Shown here one piece after another: positions 1 to 13,200 of a stretch of DNA of 64,000 bases. This stretch comes from Piromyces finnis finn (taxonomy: Eukaryota > Fungi > Neocallimastigomycota), in the NCBI GenBank assembly GCA_002104945.1, contig MCFH01000006.1:372001-436000 (forward strand), in the 5' to 3' direction. Every line of letters begins with the position of its first letter. Within the stretch, counting starts at the first letter, position 1. The notes under the pieces were generated by a model that had not been told where the DNA came from, ran no database searches, and saw only the letters and a list, made by a program, of their open reading frames with translations. A program made the position numbers and the translations under genes.

Positions 1-45
1 TCTGTTTTAAAATAGCTCATCTGGGATATAAAAATAAGTTATATA

Positions 46-63
46 AATAATAATAATAATAAC

Positions 64-110
<47 letters not shown>
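46..110. repeat. (AAT)n microsatellite
   Basis: Near-perfect AAT run of about 65 nt with one AAC interruption. Confidence 0.9.
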
Positions 111-111
<1 letters not shown>

Positions 112-1685
112 CTATTTTAAAATAATTAAAATTACATTTAACATTTCTTTTCTTTTTTATATTCTACATGTTCATTATTGGTGTAGAATTTAAAATAAAA
201 AAAACATCATTATGACTCTTTTTAGACTTTTTTTTTTAGTTATATTATAGAAAAAGAATGTTCCATCCTCTCTCTTTATTACATACAATTCACTATAAAT
301 TTGTAGTGAATGTAATACAAATTTTAATTATAATAAAAACTAAAGTTTATATGTTTCCAATAATGCTTTGAAATATTATTTACTATACTTTCAGGTATTA
401 TGATTATCATACTTCAAAAAACGTTTTTTTTTCAATTTCTTTTTTTTTTTTTCTAAATAAGTATTTATTATATCTAATAATAATACGAATACGAATACCA
501 ATATTAATATTTTTTTAATATTAACTATTAAAAGTTAAAATGATCAAATGTATTAGGGGACAAATAATACTATTATAATTCTATAAAAGGATAAGTGGAT
601 GTATTTTCTAATTATATTCTGTTTATAGATTATAATAATATAGGTAGAAAAAAAATAAAATTAATAATATATAAAAATATTTTTCATTATTAATCATTTA
701 GTTTATAATACTTTATTTACCATTGTCTGAAAGAAATAAATTCTAATAATATAATTGAAATAATAAAGATATACATCTATTCTTCCTAAAAGTTAAAAAA
801 AACGAATTATAATATCAATAGTAATATATTTGTTACTATTTTTATGTTTCATTTTTTATTTTTATGCTAAATGTAAAAACTATTATTGTAAAAATAAAAC
901 AAATAAATATATTTAATATATTTATAATTAAAAAAATATATTTTTTCATATTAATTATCACCTATTCTACCTATTTGAAAATGACTGAATAATTATCATC
1001 ATTAAAAATAAAGAAAAATACTAAAGGTTAGTATTAATTGTTTGGCTAAAAAATCATACATTACTAATTCCTAAAACATTCTAAAAAAACAATAATGAAA
1101 AATATAACCAATTATATTATAATTTTAATATGTTTAAATGTATTTATAATTTCATTTAATAGCTTTAATATAATTTATATATATAAAAAAAAAGCATCAT
1201 GAAATGTTAAAAAAAAAAGATTTTATGATATTCCAATCTATTTTATAAAAATAATTCTTTTATATTCAAAAAAAAAAAAAGAATTAAAAAATATTTATGA
1301 AAAAGAAATACCTTTTTTTTCTTTTAAAATTAATTTTAAAATTATAAATTTTACTGCTAAAGCATATCATACATTCCATAATTGTTAATTTTTCTTTATT
1401 ATTATTATTTACTCCCGAAACACAATAATGCTTTGTTTTTTTCTAATAATTATATTTTTACACTATGTATAATAATATATTTTATTGATTTATTAAAATT
1501 CAATACATTCCAATAATAAACCTTGATTATTATTAAAATGGATTTAAAAAAAAAAAATGAAATTTTTAATTAATTAAAAAAAAAAAAAGTTGTTGTTTAT
1601 ATTAAAATAGAATTTATTATTTATTACTTATATATATAAAAGACTAAAAAAAAAAAAAAAAGAAAAAAGAAATAATAATAATAAT

Positions 1686-1915
1686 TGTTAAACATTAATA
1701 ATTTAACTTAAATCTAGAAATATGTAGAATAGAATAGAATTATGTATTACTAATATATTTAGTCATAGAATATTCTCATGATAAATAATACGCCACAATC
1801 CTTAGTATAAATAGAGAATAAATTTATGAACTATTTATGTACTTTGTAATTACCTTTTTATTAATAATATTAATAAATAAAGTTTATATTAAAAACAATA
1901 TTATAAATTTTCTCA
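1686..1915 (+). repeat. 5' LTR of copia element
   Basis: TGTTAAACATT...TTTTCTCA, 230 bp, same sequence as 6596-6825. Confidence 0.97.
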
Positions 1916-1929
1916 GATTAAGAGTCTCA
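1916..1929 (+). promoter_or_regulatory. Primer-binding site complementary to the tRNA-Lys(CUU) anticodon stem-loop
   Basis: GATTAAGAGTCTCA directly follows the LTR; reverse complement TGAGACTCTTAATC matches the anticodon arm of eukaryotic tRNA-Lys(CTT) as I recall it (TGAGA-CTCTTAA-TC). Confidence 0.8.
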
Positions 1930-1945
1930 AAACTTTCTTAATACC

Positions 1946-4900
1946 ATGGATTACAATTTATTCAAAGGCCCTTCTCTCAATGGATCCAACTTTAACGCCT
2001 GGTACAACCGTACCAAGAATACTTTGACTGCATTTCAACTTAGTCAATATATTGAATCTGACGTCATTAATAATTTAAAGAAAAATAATACTACTCCGGA
2101 TGTTTTAAACAATGCCAGAATCGAAAATGCCAAAGCCCTCGGTATCATTTATGGAAGTATAGATGACAACATTCATAACTACCTAAGAGGACTTAATACA
2201 GCTTATGAAGTCATGAACAAGTTAACTAAACTGTTTAAACAAGACGATGCTGTAAACCTTGAAGCCTGGTTAAATAAGATTAACAATATGAAGGCTAGAA
2301 ATGAAAAAGAAATTATAAAAACTCTGAGCAATATGATGGAACTTTTTAGATTAATGGAATCAAATAATTCAAAACTTACCGAAACAGAAAAAATGCGGTA
2401 CATGTATAACTCATTACCCAGCAATATTAGAAATATTATAATCCTATCAAACACTTACAATACTTCATCAGAATTATTCAACTCTATCAAAGAAAGAATT
2501 AAAACTATGAACCATGCCGATGAAATAACACCTCCAAAAATATTTATAAATAGTGAAGATAAAATGGATATCGATTACCTTGATAAATTTTTCCATAAAA
2601 ATAAAAATAATAATTTTAGAAAGGATTTTAAACAAAATAAATACTGCGATATTTGCAAAAAGAATAATCACAATACTGAAAACTGCTACTATAATTCAAA
2701 AAATAATAATAATAGAAAATCAAGCCACAATACAAGAAGGTCAAGCCACAAATCATACCACAATAGTCAATATAATAAATTTAATGGAAAAGTAAACAAT
2801 ATCTCATACGATATTAACAAGCAAAATATTAATAATTACAATGATAATTTTACACTAGATGAACTTAGACCGATACTAGAAAAACACAATATAAATTCCA
2901 TTCAAATAAACAATGGTTTAAATAAGAATATAAATAAATATCATACATGTTGGATATACGATACAGGTGCGTCAGAACATGTTACAAATAATAAAAATAT
3001 CCTCAAGAATTTTCGCTATAAGAAAATTAAAATGAACTGTGCTAACAATACAGTATGCTACTTTGATGGATTCGGTACATACGAAGGATATATAAATAAT
3101 TATCCGATAAAATTAGCCAACGTATACTATTCTAAACAATTAAACAAAAATTTAATTAGCGGAATTAAACTTAGTAACTCTGGATTTAAAAGTACTATAA
3201 GTCAAGAAAATAATAAACCATATATCATAATTAAATCTCAAGATAACAAGAACATTTACAAAACTTTCTCAAACAATGATAATAGCTTTCTTATTCATAC
3301 TAAAAACAAAGAATTCAATTATAAGCAAATATTCAATATCAATACTTCAAATTTTAATGAAACATTATGGCATAATCGACTTGCTCATTACTATAATAAA
3401 GATCTCAAAAAATATTTAATTGATCACAATATTTCCAAAAATTTTTGTAATGAATGCAAAGCCAGCAAATTAAAAAGGAAGCCCCACAATAAAATTACTC
3501 CTAAAGCTTCCGAAATCAATGAAGTTATCCACTCAGATATTATTGGCCCACTTACCGAATCTGTTAATAAAAAGAAATATATTCTTACTTTCATTGACGA
3601 TTTTTCAAGACACTCTTGGATATATCTACTTTCTTCTAAAGCTGAAGCTCCTAAAATAATTACTGAATTTTTAACCCTTATTAATAACCAATCAAATGAT
3701 CACAAAGTTAAATATTTCAAAAGTGATAATGGTAAAGAATACACTAACAAAAAGGTTATTAAATTCTGCAAAAAACATGGAATTATCAAATTATTTTCTC
3801 CTCCTTACAACCCAGAAAATAACGGAATTGCAGAAAGGTTCAACCAAACAATCATTTCTTCAACCAAAACTTTACTATATTGGAGCAAACTTAGTCTTAA
3901 TTTTTGGAATTTTGCTGTACAATATTCTAATTATATTTATAATTTAGTTCCTCACCAAAGCATTTCAAATCATATTCCATACGAAATTTATAATGGTAAA
4001 AAAGCTAATATTAACCATATCAAAGTCTTTGGATGCATTTGCGAATACAAAATTTTTAATCAAAACAAAAATAAGTTATCACCAAATACTGCTAAAGGCA
4101 TATTTTTAGGATTTAATACAAATGCGAATTCATATATAATAATGGACTATAATAAACAAACCATACATCTGGTTAGAGAAGCCTACTTCCACGAAGATAC
4201 TCCTGCTAACTACTCTGCTGACTCCGAATCAACAATTAAAGATCCATACGATTTTAATTCTTATGTCCCAATGGTTAATGACAGTTCTACTAAGTTCGAC
4301 CCTCCAGAGTTCGATTCCGCCAACAGTACCAATTCAGAAATTTTTAATTATAACCCAATCACAAATATTTCACCTAACCCTTCAGATAATTTAAATGAAT
4401 TTTCAGGTACTACATCAAAATTTTCTGGTGAAACATCAAAAATTTTATCCAATTCAAATAATGAAAATTTTAATTTAAATAATCAAAATTTTAATAACAA
4501 AATTTCAAATTCTGAAAATGATTATAATCTTGAAATTTCAAAAAACATTTCAAGAAATTTCTCGTCAAATAATGAGTTTAACACACCAAATGATAATTAT
4601 AATGACACAGACACATCTAATGATATCAACGTTAATTATAATAATCAAATTTCTCCAACTCCAACAAATAATGATCTCGAAACTCATGATGAATTTCTTA
4701 ATACAAATTATTTTCCTTCAAATAATTTTAATAATTCGACTCCTATCATAAAAAATAATAATTTTAATAATTTTTCAAATAATCCAACTAATTTTTACGA
4801 CCAATTTTCCACATTTAATACAGATACAAATCATAAAATTCCTAAAAGAACTACCAGTCCACCTATTAATCCAAATCTCAAAAGACTTAATTCTTATTCT

Positions 4901-6451
4901 TACCCTAAAATTGATTCTATTTCTTCAATACATACATCAATTCCTATAACCTATCAAGATGCATTATCAAATGCTAATAGTGACAAATGGATTAATGCTA
5001 TTAATGATGAACTTAACAATCTTTATAGAAATAAAACTATGACATTCGTTAAAAATCTTCCCAAAGGTAAAAATGTTGTTACCACCAAATGGATTTTCAC
5101 TATTAAAACAGATGAAAATAATAACATTACTAAATATAAAGCACGTATTGTAGCTAGAGGTTACACACAAAAATATGGCATTGATTTTGAATTTACATAC
5201 TCTCCAACTTTAAATTTTGATATTATTAAACTTCTTCTTGCTATTTCAGCCAAATTTAAATGGAACGTTTACCAATTGGACATCAAATCTGCCTACCTCC
5301 ATGCAAATCTAGATACTGAAATTTATACAACTATTCCCGAAGGTGATAAAAACTATGGTAAAGGATTTTGGAAACTGAATAAAGCTCTATACGGACTCAA
5401 ACAAAGCGGAAGACAATGGAATGAATACATTTCTACTTTTCTTATTAATCATGGATTTTCTCAATGCACTTCAGACTATTGTATTTTCTTTAAAACTTTT
5501 GATAACCAAATTTCTTGCATTATTGGACTTTATGTCGATGATATGATTATTTGTGGAACAAATCTTGAACTTATAAGTATAATCTCACAAATTAAATCTA
5601 AATTTAAAATTTCTAACTGTCAACCTATCCATTATTTATTAGGTATTAAAATTGAAAACAATAATTTTTCTTATTCTATTTCACAAAAACATGTTATTGA
5701 AAATATTTTAGACCAATATAATCTTAATAACTGCAGATCTCGAAAAACACCATGTACTGGTGATAATGATTCTGAAAACACTAAACGATTTGATACGACT
5801 ATTTACAAAAGTTTAATTGGTTCTCTTATTTATATTGCTAGATGTACAAGACCAGATATTTCTTTTGCTGTTCACAAAGCTGCTCGAAAATCTGAACAAC
5901 CTACTATTTCCGACTACAACAAAGTTATAAATATTATCAAGTATCTTAAAACTACTATAGACTACAAAATTACTTATGATGGTAATGGAAAAATTATTGC
6001 ATTCACTGATGCTGATTTTGGGGGAGATAAGACGGATGGAAAATCAACATCAGGATATATAATTCTTATGGAAAATAATCCAATATGTTGGTGCTCAAAT
6101 AAACAACAAACTGTTGCTACTTCTACTGCTGAAGCCGAATATATCAGTACTACAGAATGCACTAAGAAAATTTTATACTTTAGAAATATCTTAGAAGAAT
6201 TATTCAAATTCAACGAACCTATAACTATTTATACTGACAACTTAGCAAGTAAAAGAGCAATTGAAAATGGTGAATTAAATTCCAAACTTAAACACATAAA
6301 TATAAAATTTCATTTCAATAGAGACAATATTAAAAATAACAAAATTAAATTAGAATATATCGACACAAACAATATGCTAGCAGACTTTTTAACAAAAAAT
6401 ATTAATGGATCAAAAATGAAAAAGTTCACTGACACTATATTTAAAAAATAA
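1946..6451 (+). CDS. Copia Gag-Pol polyprotein (1501 aa)
   Basis: Zn knuckle CDICKKNNHNTENC; protease WIYDTGAS; HHCC LWHNRLAH...CNEC; integrase DDE (HSDIIGP, SDNGKEY, NGIAERFN); RT YVDD; RNase H FTDADFGG. Confidence 0.97.
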   Translation: MDYNLFKGPSLNGSNFNAWYNRTKNTLTAFQLSQYIESDVINNLKKNNTTPDVLNNARIENAKALGIIYGSIDDNIHNYLRGLNTAYEVMNKLTKLFKQDDAVNLEAWLNKINNMKARNEKEIIKTLSNMMELFRLMESNNSKLTETEKMRYMYNSLPSNIRNIIILSNTYNTSSELFNSIKERIKTMNHADEITPPKIFINSEDKMDIDYLDKFFHKNKNNNFRKDFKQNKYCDICKKNNHNTENCYYNSKNNNNRKSSHNTRRSSHKSYHNSQYNKFNGKVNNISYDINKQNINNYNDNFTLDELRPILEKHNINSIQINNGLNKNINKYHTCWIYDTGASEHVTNNKNILKNFRYKKIKMNCANNTVCYFDGFGTYEGYINNYPIKLANVYYSKQLNKNLISGIKLSNSGFKSTISQENNKPYIIIKSQDNKNIYKTFSNNDNSFLIHTKNKEFNYKQIFNINTSNFNETLWHNRLAHYYNKDLKKYLIDHNISKNFCNECKASKLKRKPHNKITPKASEINEVIHSDIIGPLTESVNKKKYILTFIDDFSRHSWIYLLSSKAEAPKIITEFLTLINNQSNDHKVKYFKSDNGKEYTNKKVIKFCKKHGIIKLFSPPYNPENNGIAERFNQTIISSTKTLLYWSKLSLNFWNFAVQYSNYIYNLVPHQSISNHIPYEIYNGKKANINHIKVFGCICEYKIFNQNKNKLSPNTAKGIFLGFNTNANSYIIMDYNKQTIHLVREAYFHEDTPANYSADSESTIKDPYDFNSYVPMVNDSSTKFDPPEFDSANSTNSEIFNYNPITNISPNPSDNLNEFSGTTSKFSGETSKILSNSNNENFNLNNQNFNNKISNSENDYNLEISKNISRNFSSNNEFNTPNDNYNDTDTSNDINVNYNNQISPTPTNNDLETHDEFLNTNYFPSNNFNNSTPIIKNNNFNNFSNNPTNFYDQFSTFNTDTNHKIPKRTTSPPINPNLKRLNSYSYPKIDSISSIHTSIPITYQDALSNANSDKWINAINDELNNLYRNKTMTFVKNLPKGKNVVTTKWIFTIKTDENNNITKYKARIVARGYTQKYGIDFEFTYSPTLNFDIIKLLLAISAKFKWNVYQLDIKSAYLHANLDTEIYTTIPEGDKNYGKGFWKLNKALYGLKQSGRQWNEYISTFLINHGFSQCTSDYCIFFKTFDNQISCIIGLYVDDMIICGTNLELISIISQIKSKFKISNCQPIHYLLGIKIENNNFSYSISQKHVIENILDQYNLNNCRSRKTPCTGDNDSENTKRFDTTIYKSLIGSLIYIARCTRPDISFAVHKAARKSEQPTISDYNKVINIIKYLKTTIDYKITYDGNGKIIAFTDADFGGDKTDGKSTSGYIILMENNPICWCSNKQQTVATSTAEAEYISTTECTKKILYFRNILEELFKFNEPITIYTDNLASKRAIENGELNSKLKHINIKFHFNRDNIKNNKIKLEYIDTNNMLADFLTKNINGSKMKKFTDTIFKK

Positions 6452-6585
6452 CAAAATTTGCAAAAACTTATAATCAACTTTATTTTATTAATATCTTATA
6501 TTTTATATTTTACATTCTACTACTTAAATTTTTCAATTTCTTAATCTCTTCAAATTTTATTTTTATTTTTCATAAAAACAAATTT

Positions 6586-6595
6586 GAGGGGGGAA
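6586..6595 (+). promoter_or_regulatory. Polypurine tract of copia element
   Basis: GAGGGGGGAA immediately 5' of the 3' LTR. Confidence 0.9.
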
Positions 6596-6824
6596 TGTTA
6601 AACATTAATAATTTAACTTAAATCTAGAAATATGTAGAATAGAATAGAATTATGTATTACTAATATATTTAGTCATAGAATATTCTCATGATAAATAATA
6701 CGCCACAATCCTTAGTATAAATAGAGAATAAATTTATGAACTATTTATGTACTTTGTAATTACCTTTTTATTAATAATATTAATAAATAAAGTTTATATT
6801 AAAAACAATATTATAAATTTTCTC

Positions 6825-6825
<1 letters not shown>
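6596..6825 (+). repeat. 3' LTR of copia element
   Basis: Identical to 1686-1915; followed by TSD ATAAT and an (AAT)n run to about 6876. Confidence 0.97.
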
Positions 6826-6876
<51 letters not shown>

Positions 6877-9343
6877 GATAAAACATTATCTATTTCATTT
6901 TTAAAAATATATATTTTAAAAAAAAAATGAAAAAATGATATTAAAAAAAGTTTTATTATTTTAATTAATTAATACTATCTTAAATAATTAATATATACTT
7001 TTATGGTTAAATTAATGAAATAAAAAAAATTAAATAATAAAGTTAATATTATTATGGCTATATATACAAACTCTATATGATAAAAAAAATGGATTGATGA
7101 CTATTTTTTTTTCCATTCTTCCTAACTTATTTTATAGTAAAAAAAAAAAAAAGTATTTTTGAAGCAGTATCTTTAAATAATCTATATATTCAAAAACAAA
7201 AAAAAAAAAAGAATAATAAAATAATAATAATAAAATAGTATTAATGAAATTTTTAATATAAAAATAATAATTGTAATCCTTTGTAAAGCCTATTTTATTG
7301 CATTGATTTTCTTTTTTGTACTCTATTGTACTCTCTCTAATTGACCTCTTCACATAATATTAAAAATTAATTTTTAAAATAGGAATATTATAAAATAATA
7401 CAGAATATACCAATAAGACAAATACCTTTTTATTACATAAAAAAAAATTAAACATAAAAAGATAAATTAAAATACTATCAAAAAGGTAAAAGAATATGTA
7501 TACATATATATTACCCATCATCATTGCCTATTTTGTTATAATTAATTTTTAAATGTAAGAAAGGCCTATTTATTAAAAAAAATAATAATCGTCCAATATA
7601 TATATATAATTTTATAAATAGGATAGACTCAAAAGATGATAATAGTAATAATAAATATAATTAATATTTTATTATTTCTATAATAGGTAGTATTAAACTA
7701 AATTTATTCCTAATTCGGTCGCAACGATTAACTATAATTAAGCTTTTGTTAATAAGTAAATGTTTTTCCATTTAATAATTATTTTTTTTTTTTTTGGAAT
7801 TTTTTGAATTTTTAATAAATTCCTTTTCAAGTCATAGCCATTCTATTCATTTAATAATTATAAAAAAAAAATATAATAAATAAAAGAGTTTCTTACTGGT
7901 GTTTTTTTTTACACGTAGAATATTAATTTTAATGAATTTCTTAATAATTAAAGTTACATATCATTTAAACCTTTTTTTTTTTTTAACCCAAAATTTTAAT
8001 AAGATTAGGCTTTAAAAAAAGATTCTATAGATTAAGGTAAATTACTCTAAATATGCAAATTATTCATAAAGGATTAGCTTTTTTCTTTGTTAATTTCAAA
8101 AAGTAAATCCTTAAAGTATTGATTAAATTATTGATGAAAATAATCTAATTATGGATTAAAAAAAAGTTGATTTTTAACAGATCAAGATTCGAATAATTTA
8201 AAGAGTTTGATTTTATTTTATTAATTCTCTTTCTAAATATATATATAATGGTTATATTATAAAAATTGATTATATATCTTTTTTTTTTATGAGGTTAATA
8301 TATTATTAGTATTGTTCTTTTTTTTTTTTTTTCTCATAAACTCTATATTGGAATTTTACAAATAATTTTAATTTTTCTAAAAGTTCTAATTCTATGTCGT
8401 ATATTAAATTTTGACTTTTTGTATTATTTTTTGAGATTTTAATTCAAAATAATATTTCATAAAAAAGAATGACATTTTTTCCCATAATTGTTAATCAGAT
8501 TAAACCAACTTTTTTTAATATTACATATATGTATAATGTTTTTCAACTTTACTTAGAATTAGCATATAGTGGATAAAAAAAAAGAAAGGAATAGAAATAC
8601 AAAAGTGTCAATTTTTAAACAAAAAATCTTTTTTTAAAATTTTAAAAAAAAAAAAATCAATAAAAAATTTTATTATATATTTATCATATACCATTAATAA
8701 TGTGTAAATTTTCATTATACAATATACAATAAATAATTAAACATACATTTCAACCCACTTTAAAAATATACCTTTTATTTACTTAAAAAAACCAGTTTTT
8801 TTTTTTTTTTTTTTTTTAAATCAATTGTCTTGAACATTAAGGATTAAAAAAAAAAAATTGAATTCTATTTATTAATAAAATGAAATTCTTAATTGATAAA
8901 CTTTTTCATTTAAAAATCACATCTTTTTTTCTTTGTGCAAAGATCATCCAAAATGAAAAAGAACCATTCTTGAATTTTTTTGTATTTGAAAAATTGAATT
9001 TTAAATAAAGTAATATATTGCAATTGATTCATTTTTATTTTATAATGACAAAAAAAAAATTTTTTTTTTCTACTATAGAAGAAGAAAAATAAAAAAAGGT
9101 TTGAGATTCTTTTCTAATACAATAGAAAAAGCAAACAATAACAAATAAATAATATTATTCCTAAATTTAATTAACTTAAAAAAAAAAGAAAAGTAATAAA
9201 AGAGATTGTTATTATTTTTATTGTTTTTGTTTTTGTTTTACAAATTCTATAACTACCAATGTATTCTTATATTAAATTTTTTATTGGCAAGTTTCGACTA
9301 TACTATTTTTAATTATATAATCTGAAACGTGAATCTAATTAAA

Positions 9344-9378
<35 letters not shown>

Positions 9379-10186
9379 TATTACAATTATTATTTACTGC
9401 TGCACCATTTAACATTCAACCTATTTCAACGTTAATAATAATAATAAAAAAAGAAATGCTGTCAAACAAATAATATTATTCAATAAAATTATGAATAAGG
9501 TCGTACATGATGATACTATTTTATAATTAATAGTAAAATAAAGATAGAGCACAATATCTTTGTTTATAAAATATAATATTATATATTATAATATCATTTG
9601 TAGTATTACCATTACCATACCTACTAGTATTTGTATTAAAGTTAAATAATAAAAATTAATGGTAATAACTTTTTTGTTTTTTTTTCTTTCTGTTTTCCTT
9701 AATCCACTTTCAATTTATCTTTACACAAACCACTTTTTTTTTTTTCTTTTATATTTACTTCTCCACCTTTTACCAATTATATTTGTCGTTCTTTTTTTTT
9801 TTGACCAAATACTGTTCTGTTCTTTTCTATCTTTGTTTTTCTTCTGTTTTTAAAAAAGCACAACTATATAAATTAAGCTTTCTTTTTATGTTTCAAGAAA
9901 TAATAATTTATATTAATATTTAATTAATGGATATTTTATTAATTAATAATAAAAATAACTCATACCATAAAAAAGAGTTGATAGGACAAAATTTTAATAA
10001 TGAAATATAGATCATTTGTTCTATAATTAAATTTTATATAAATTTTATATATGGAAATCAATTCATTTTTATATTAAAAGAAATTACTTTTAATGGTGAC
10101 ATCTTCCCAAATGCTTTACTAAAAAAAATTTTATTGTATCTAACCAAAAAAAAAAAAGAATCTTTTTATAATGTTATTATTACTAT

Positions 10187-10275
10187 GTTATTACTATTTT
10201 GCTATTACTATGTTGATACTACCACAGTGTTATTACTATTTTGCTATTACTATGTTGATATAACCACAATGTTAT
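10187..10275. repeat. 42-bp tandem duplication
   Basis: GTTATTACTATTTTGCTATTACTATGTTGATA(C/T)...ACCACA repeated at 10187 and 10229. Confidence 0.8.
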
Positions 10276-13200
10276 TATTTATATATAATTTTTAATAATT
10301 TTATTATTATAGTTTTTTATTATTTATTATGATTTATTATTATTAATATTATTATTAATTAATTAATTAATTTACCTTTGAATCATTTTATAGAACATTC
10401 TGCTGAACTAGTTGAAATCTTATTCTTAAAGGTTTTTTTTTTAAATAAAAAATCAAGATTGTAAAAAAAATTAGCTCTTCTACTATAAAAAAATTGAGTT
10501 TTAATAAGAAGTTTTCTTTTTTAAAAAGTATAAAAAAATAAAGAATAGTTACCACCATAATTAAAAAAAGTGGGTTTTTTTTCAGTTTAAAAATAAAATG
10601 AAACAAATAAATAGTGAAAAATCTTTAAGAAAAAAAACCTCAAAAAAAAAACGATGACTAATTCTTTTTTTTTTGAAATAGAAGAATATCAATTAAATAA
10701 TATATTGAACAATATAAATTTTATATATATTTTTATAATAAAAATTGATTTTTTTATTCAATTATTAATATATAGATTTATTTAAAATTTTTATAATTAT
10801 TTTTCCCATAACATATAAATTGTTACATTTAAAAATGGTTGAATTTATATAATATACTCAACTATGTTAAAGATTAAATAAAAGTGATATAAATACATAT
10901 ATAAAAATATATGAAAATATATGAACTTTATCATCCAATTTTTAAAGTTTAATATAACCATATATAGATATTGTTAACATTTTATCATAATTAAAAAAAA
11001 GTCTTTTTTATAAATTCTATATTAAATAATATTAATAATGTTTCATAATAATTATTTAACAATTTTATTTTAATATATCTATCATTTATTATAGATTATA
11101 TTATTTATTAAAATATTATTATATTACTATATATATTATTATCTATTTCTGTAATAGTATATATTATATTATCTGTTATATTGTTATACTATTTATTCCT
11201 ATATATTATATTCTATTGTTAAACTTTTCTTGTTATTGTAATACAAAAAGTCTTTATTTTGTATTACAATAACAAGAATTTTTTGTATCCAATAAATGAA
11301 CCAAAAGTAATGTAGTACATGAGAACTAAATCAATTTGGATGAAATAATATATAGAATAAAATATATTAAAAATATAAAGAGAATATTTAATTTATATTA
11401 TTCAACAACTAACTTTGTAATTATGGTAATTATACTTAACTTTTTTTTTTTTTTAAAAAAAAAACAGGTAAAAGTGTTACAAAACATAATTTGAATCATC
11501 CTGAAATTTCTGGATTTAAAAAAAAAAAAAGGAGAAAAGTATAAACAAAAATTTAAAAATTTTTAAAAAATATTTTGGTAAAAAAAAACTATTCCTTAAT
11601 ACTATTAACAGAGGATAAAGGTATGATGCAAACAAACATAATAATCTATTTTCCATAATATAAAATATATCAGTGAACAAAATATAAAATAAATAAAAAA
11701 AAAGAATCCACCTCTCCATAATTAATTTCAATTTTGAATTAACTAAATCTTTTAAATGATCATCATAATACGATTATTGCATAAAGGGTTACCTTTATTA
11801 TAAACAATTTATTATCAATCCTATTAACAATTTAACTTTTTTTTTTTGTCTCTATTAATAAGATTTCTATAGATATCTATTAACCTTTATTATTATTATA
11901 AAAAATGGCTTAGCCTTAATTGTTAGTTGTAGAATTTTTTTAAAAATAAAAATTATATAATTACTTTATAAAAAGATATAAATAATGTCATTTTTTTTAT
12001 CATTAAAATTAGAAATAGTAATTATTCATTGATCAAAGAGCCATTATTCATTCTATCATTTCTATCGATTAAAAAGTCAATTTATTTAGTAGTTTAATAT
12101 ACAAAGAAAAAATAAAGATTTATTATCGATGATTATAAACTAATGATAGTTACTAAAGAAAAAAAAAATAAAAATAAAAAAAAACTAGTAAAATTTTAAA
12201 GTTTTTTTTTTTACTCTACAAATTATATAAACTATAATTTTTTAAAGTTCATAAAGTTTATTTTAAGGTTATTATTGTGTTGTCCAGTGAATAATAAAAA
12301 ATTTCTGTACAGTTATAATAAAAAACAGATAAATTGATATTTCTTCTTCGTATAGCCTTTTGAATAACATCTCTTTTATTTAATCATTAGTAACAGCCAT
12401 GAACAACAACACTTTTAAATTTGGCTCAATATGACAACTAAAACCTAACCAGTATTCTGAAAAATAATTTATGGAGTAAATATTTTATAATATATTATAA
12501 TTTATGACAATAATGACTTTCTATTATTGTATTAATATATTATAATATATTACAATTATATCATTCTATCAATGATGATATTTTATATATATGATAATAT
12601 ATACATAAAATTACATAAAATAGATTCTATATTAATTTTTAAAATTATCTTTTTTTTTTTTTAAAAAAGTATAAAGATTTACTTAGTGATTATTTTTTTA
12701 TTCTAAGAGATAGTATTCAATAAAATTGATACTATATTTAAACAATTCTTTTTTTTTATCACATTAAAATTATTTCGATACACCTCAATTGTATCGAAAT
12801 AAAAGGTAAAGCAAAAAAAAAAGTATTGAATTTTTTTATATCATTACTTGTATAAAAAATTAAATTATTATTTTTTAATTTATTTTTATTAATAAATTTA
12901 ATAATACTAAATATTTATATTATTTTCATTATTAGTTATTAGTTATATATTATTTTAATATAAAAATATATACATATGATAATTTAAATATTAAAGTTTA
13001 AACAATCATTCAACGAATTGTTTTTTTTTTTCTGTAAAATTCATAATTATTTTTTTTTATTATTATTTAATTCAACTGGTTTAGTTACATTAAATGGAGA
13101 ACAGGAAAGGGAATAAAAAGCTAATTATTTAAATCATTTTCAATGTATTCTATATATTATATTTTTGATATATTATACTATTCTATTTAATTATTTCAAT

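Larger units (their letters stand above)
1686..6825 (+). mobile_element. Full-length Ty1/copia LTR retrotransposon, apparently intact and very recent
   Basis: TG...CA-bounded 230-bp LTRs (1686-1915, 6596-6825), identical by eye; 5-bp TSD ATAAT (1681-1685, 6826-6830); PBS right after the 5' LTR; PPT right before the 3' LTR; single gag-pol ORF with copia order PR-IN-RT-RH. Confidence 0.97.

Noticed and set aside
12280-12480. Slightly GC-richer patch that might be an exon or relic
   Set aside because: Best frame has an internal stop, no motif and no convincing splice partners.
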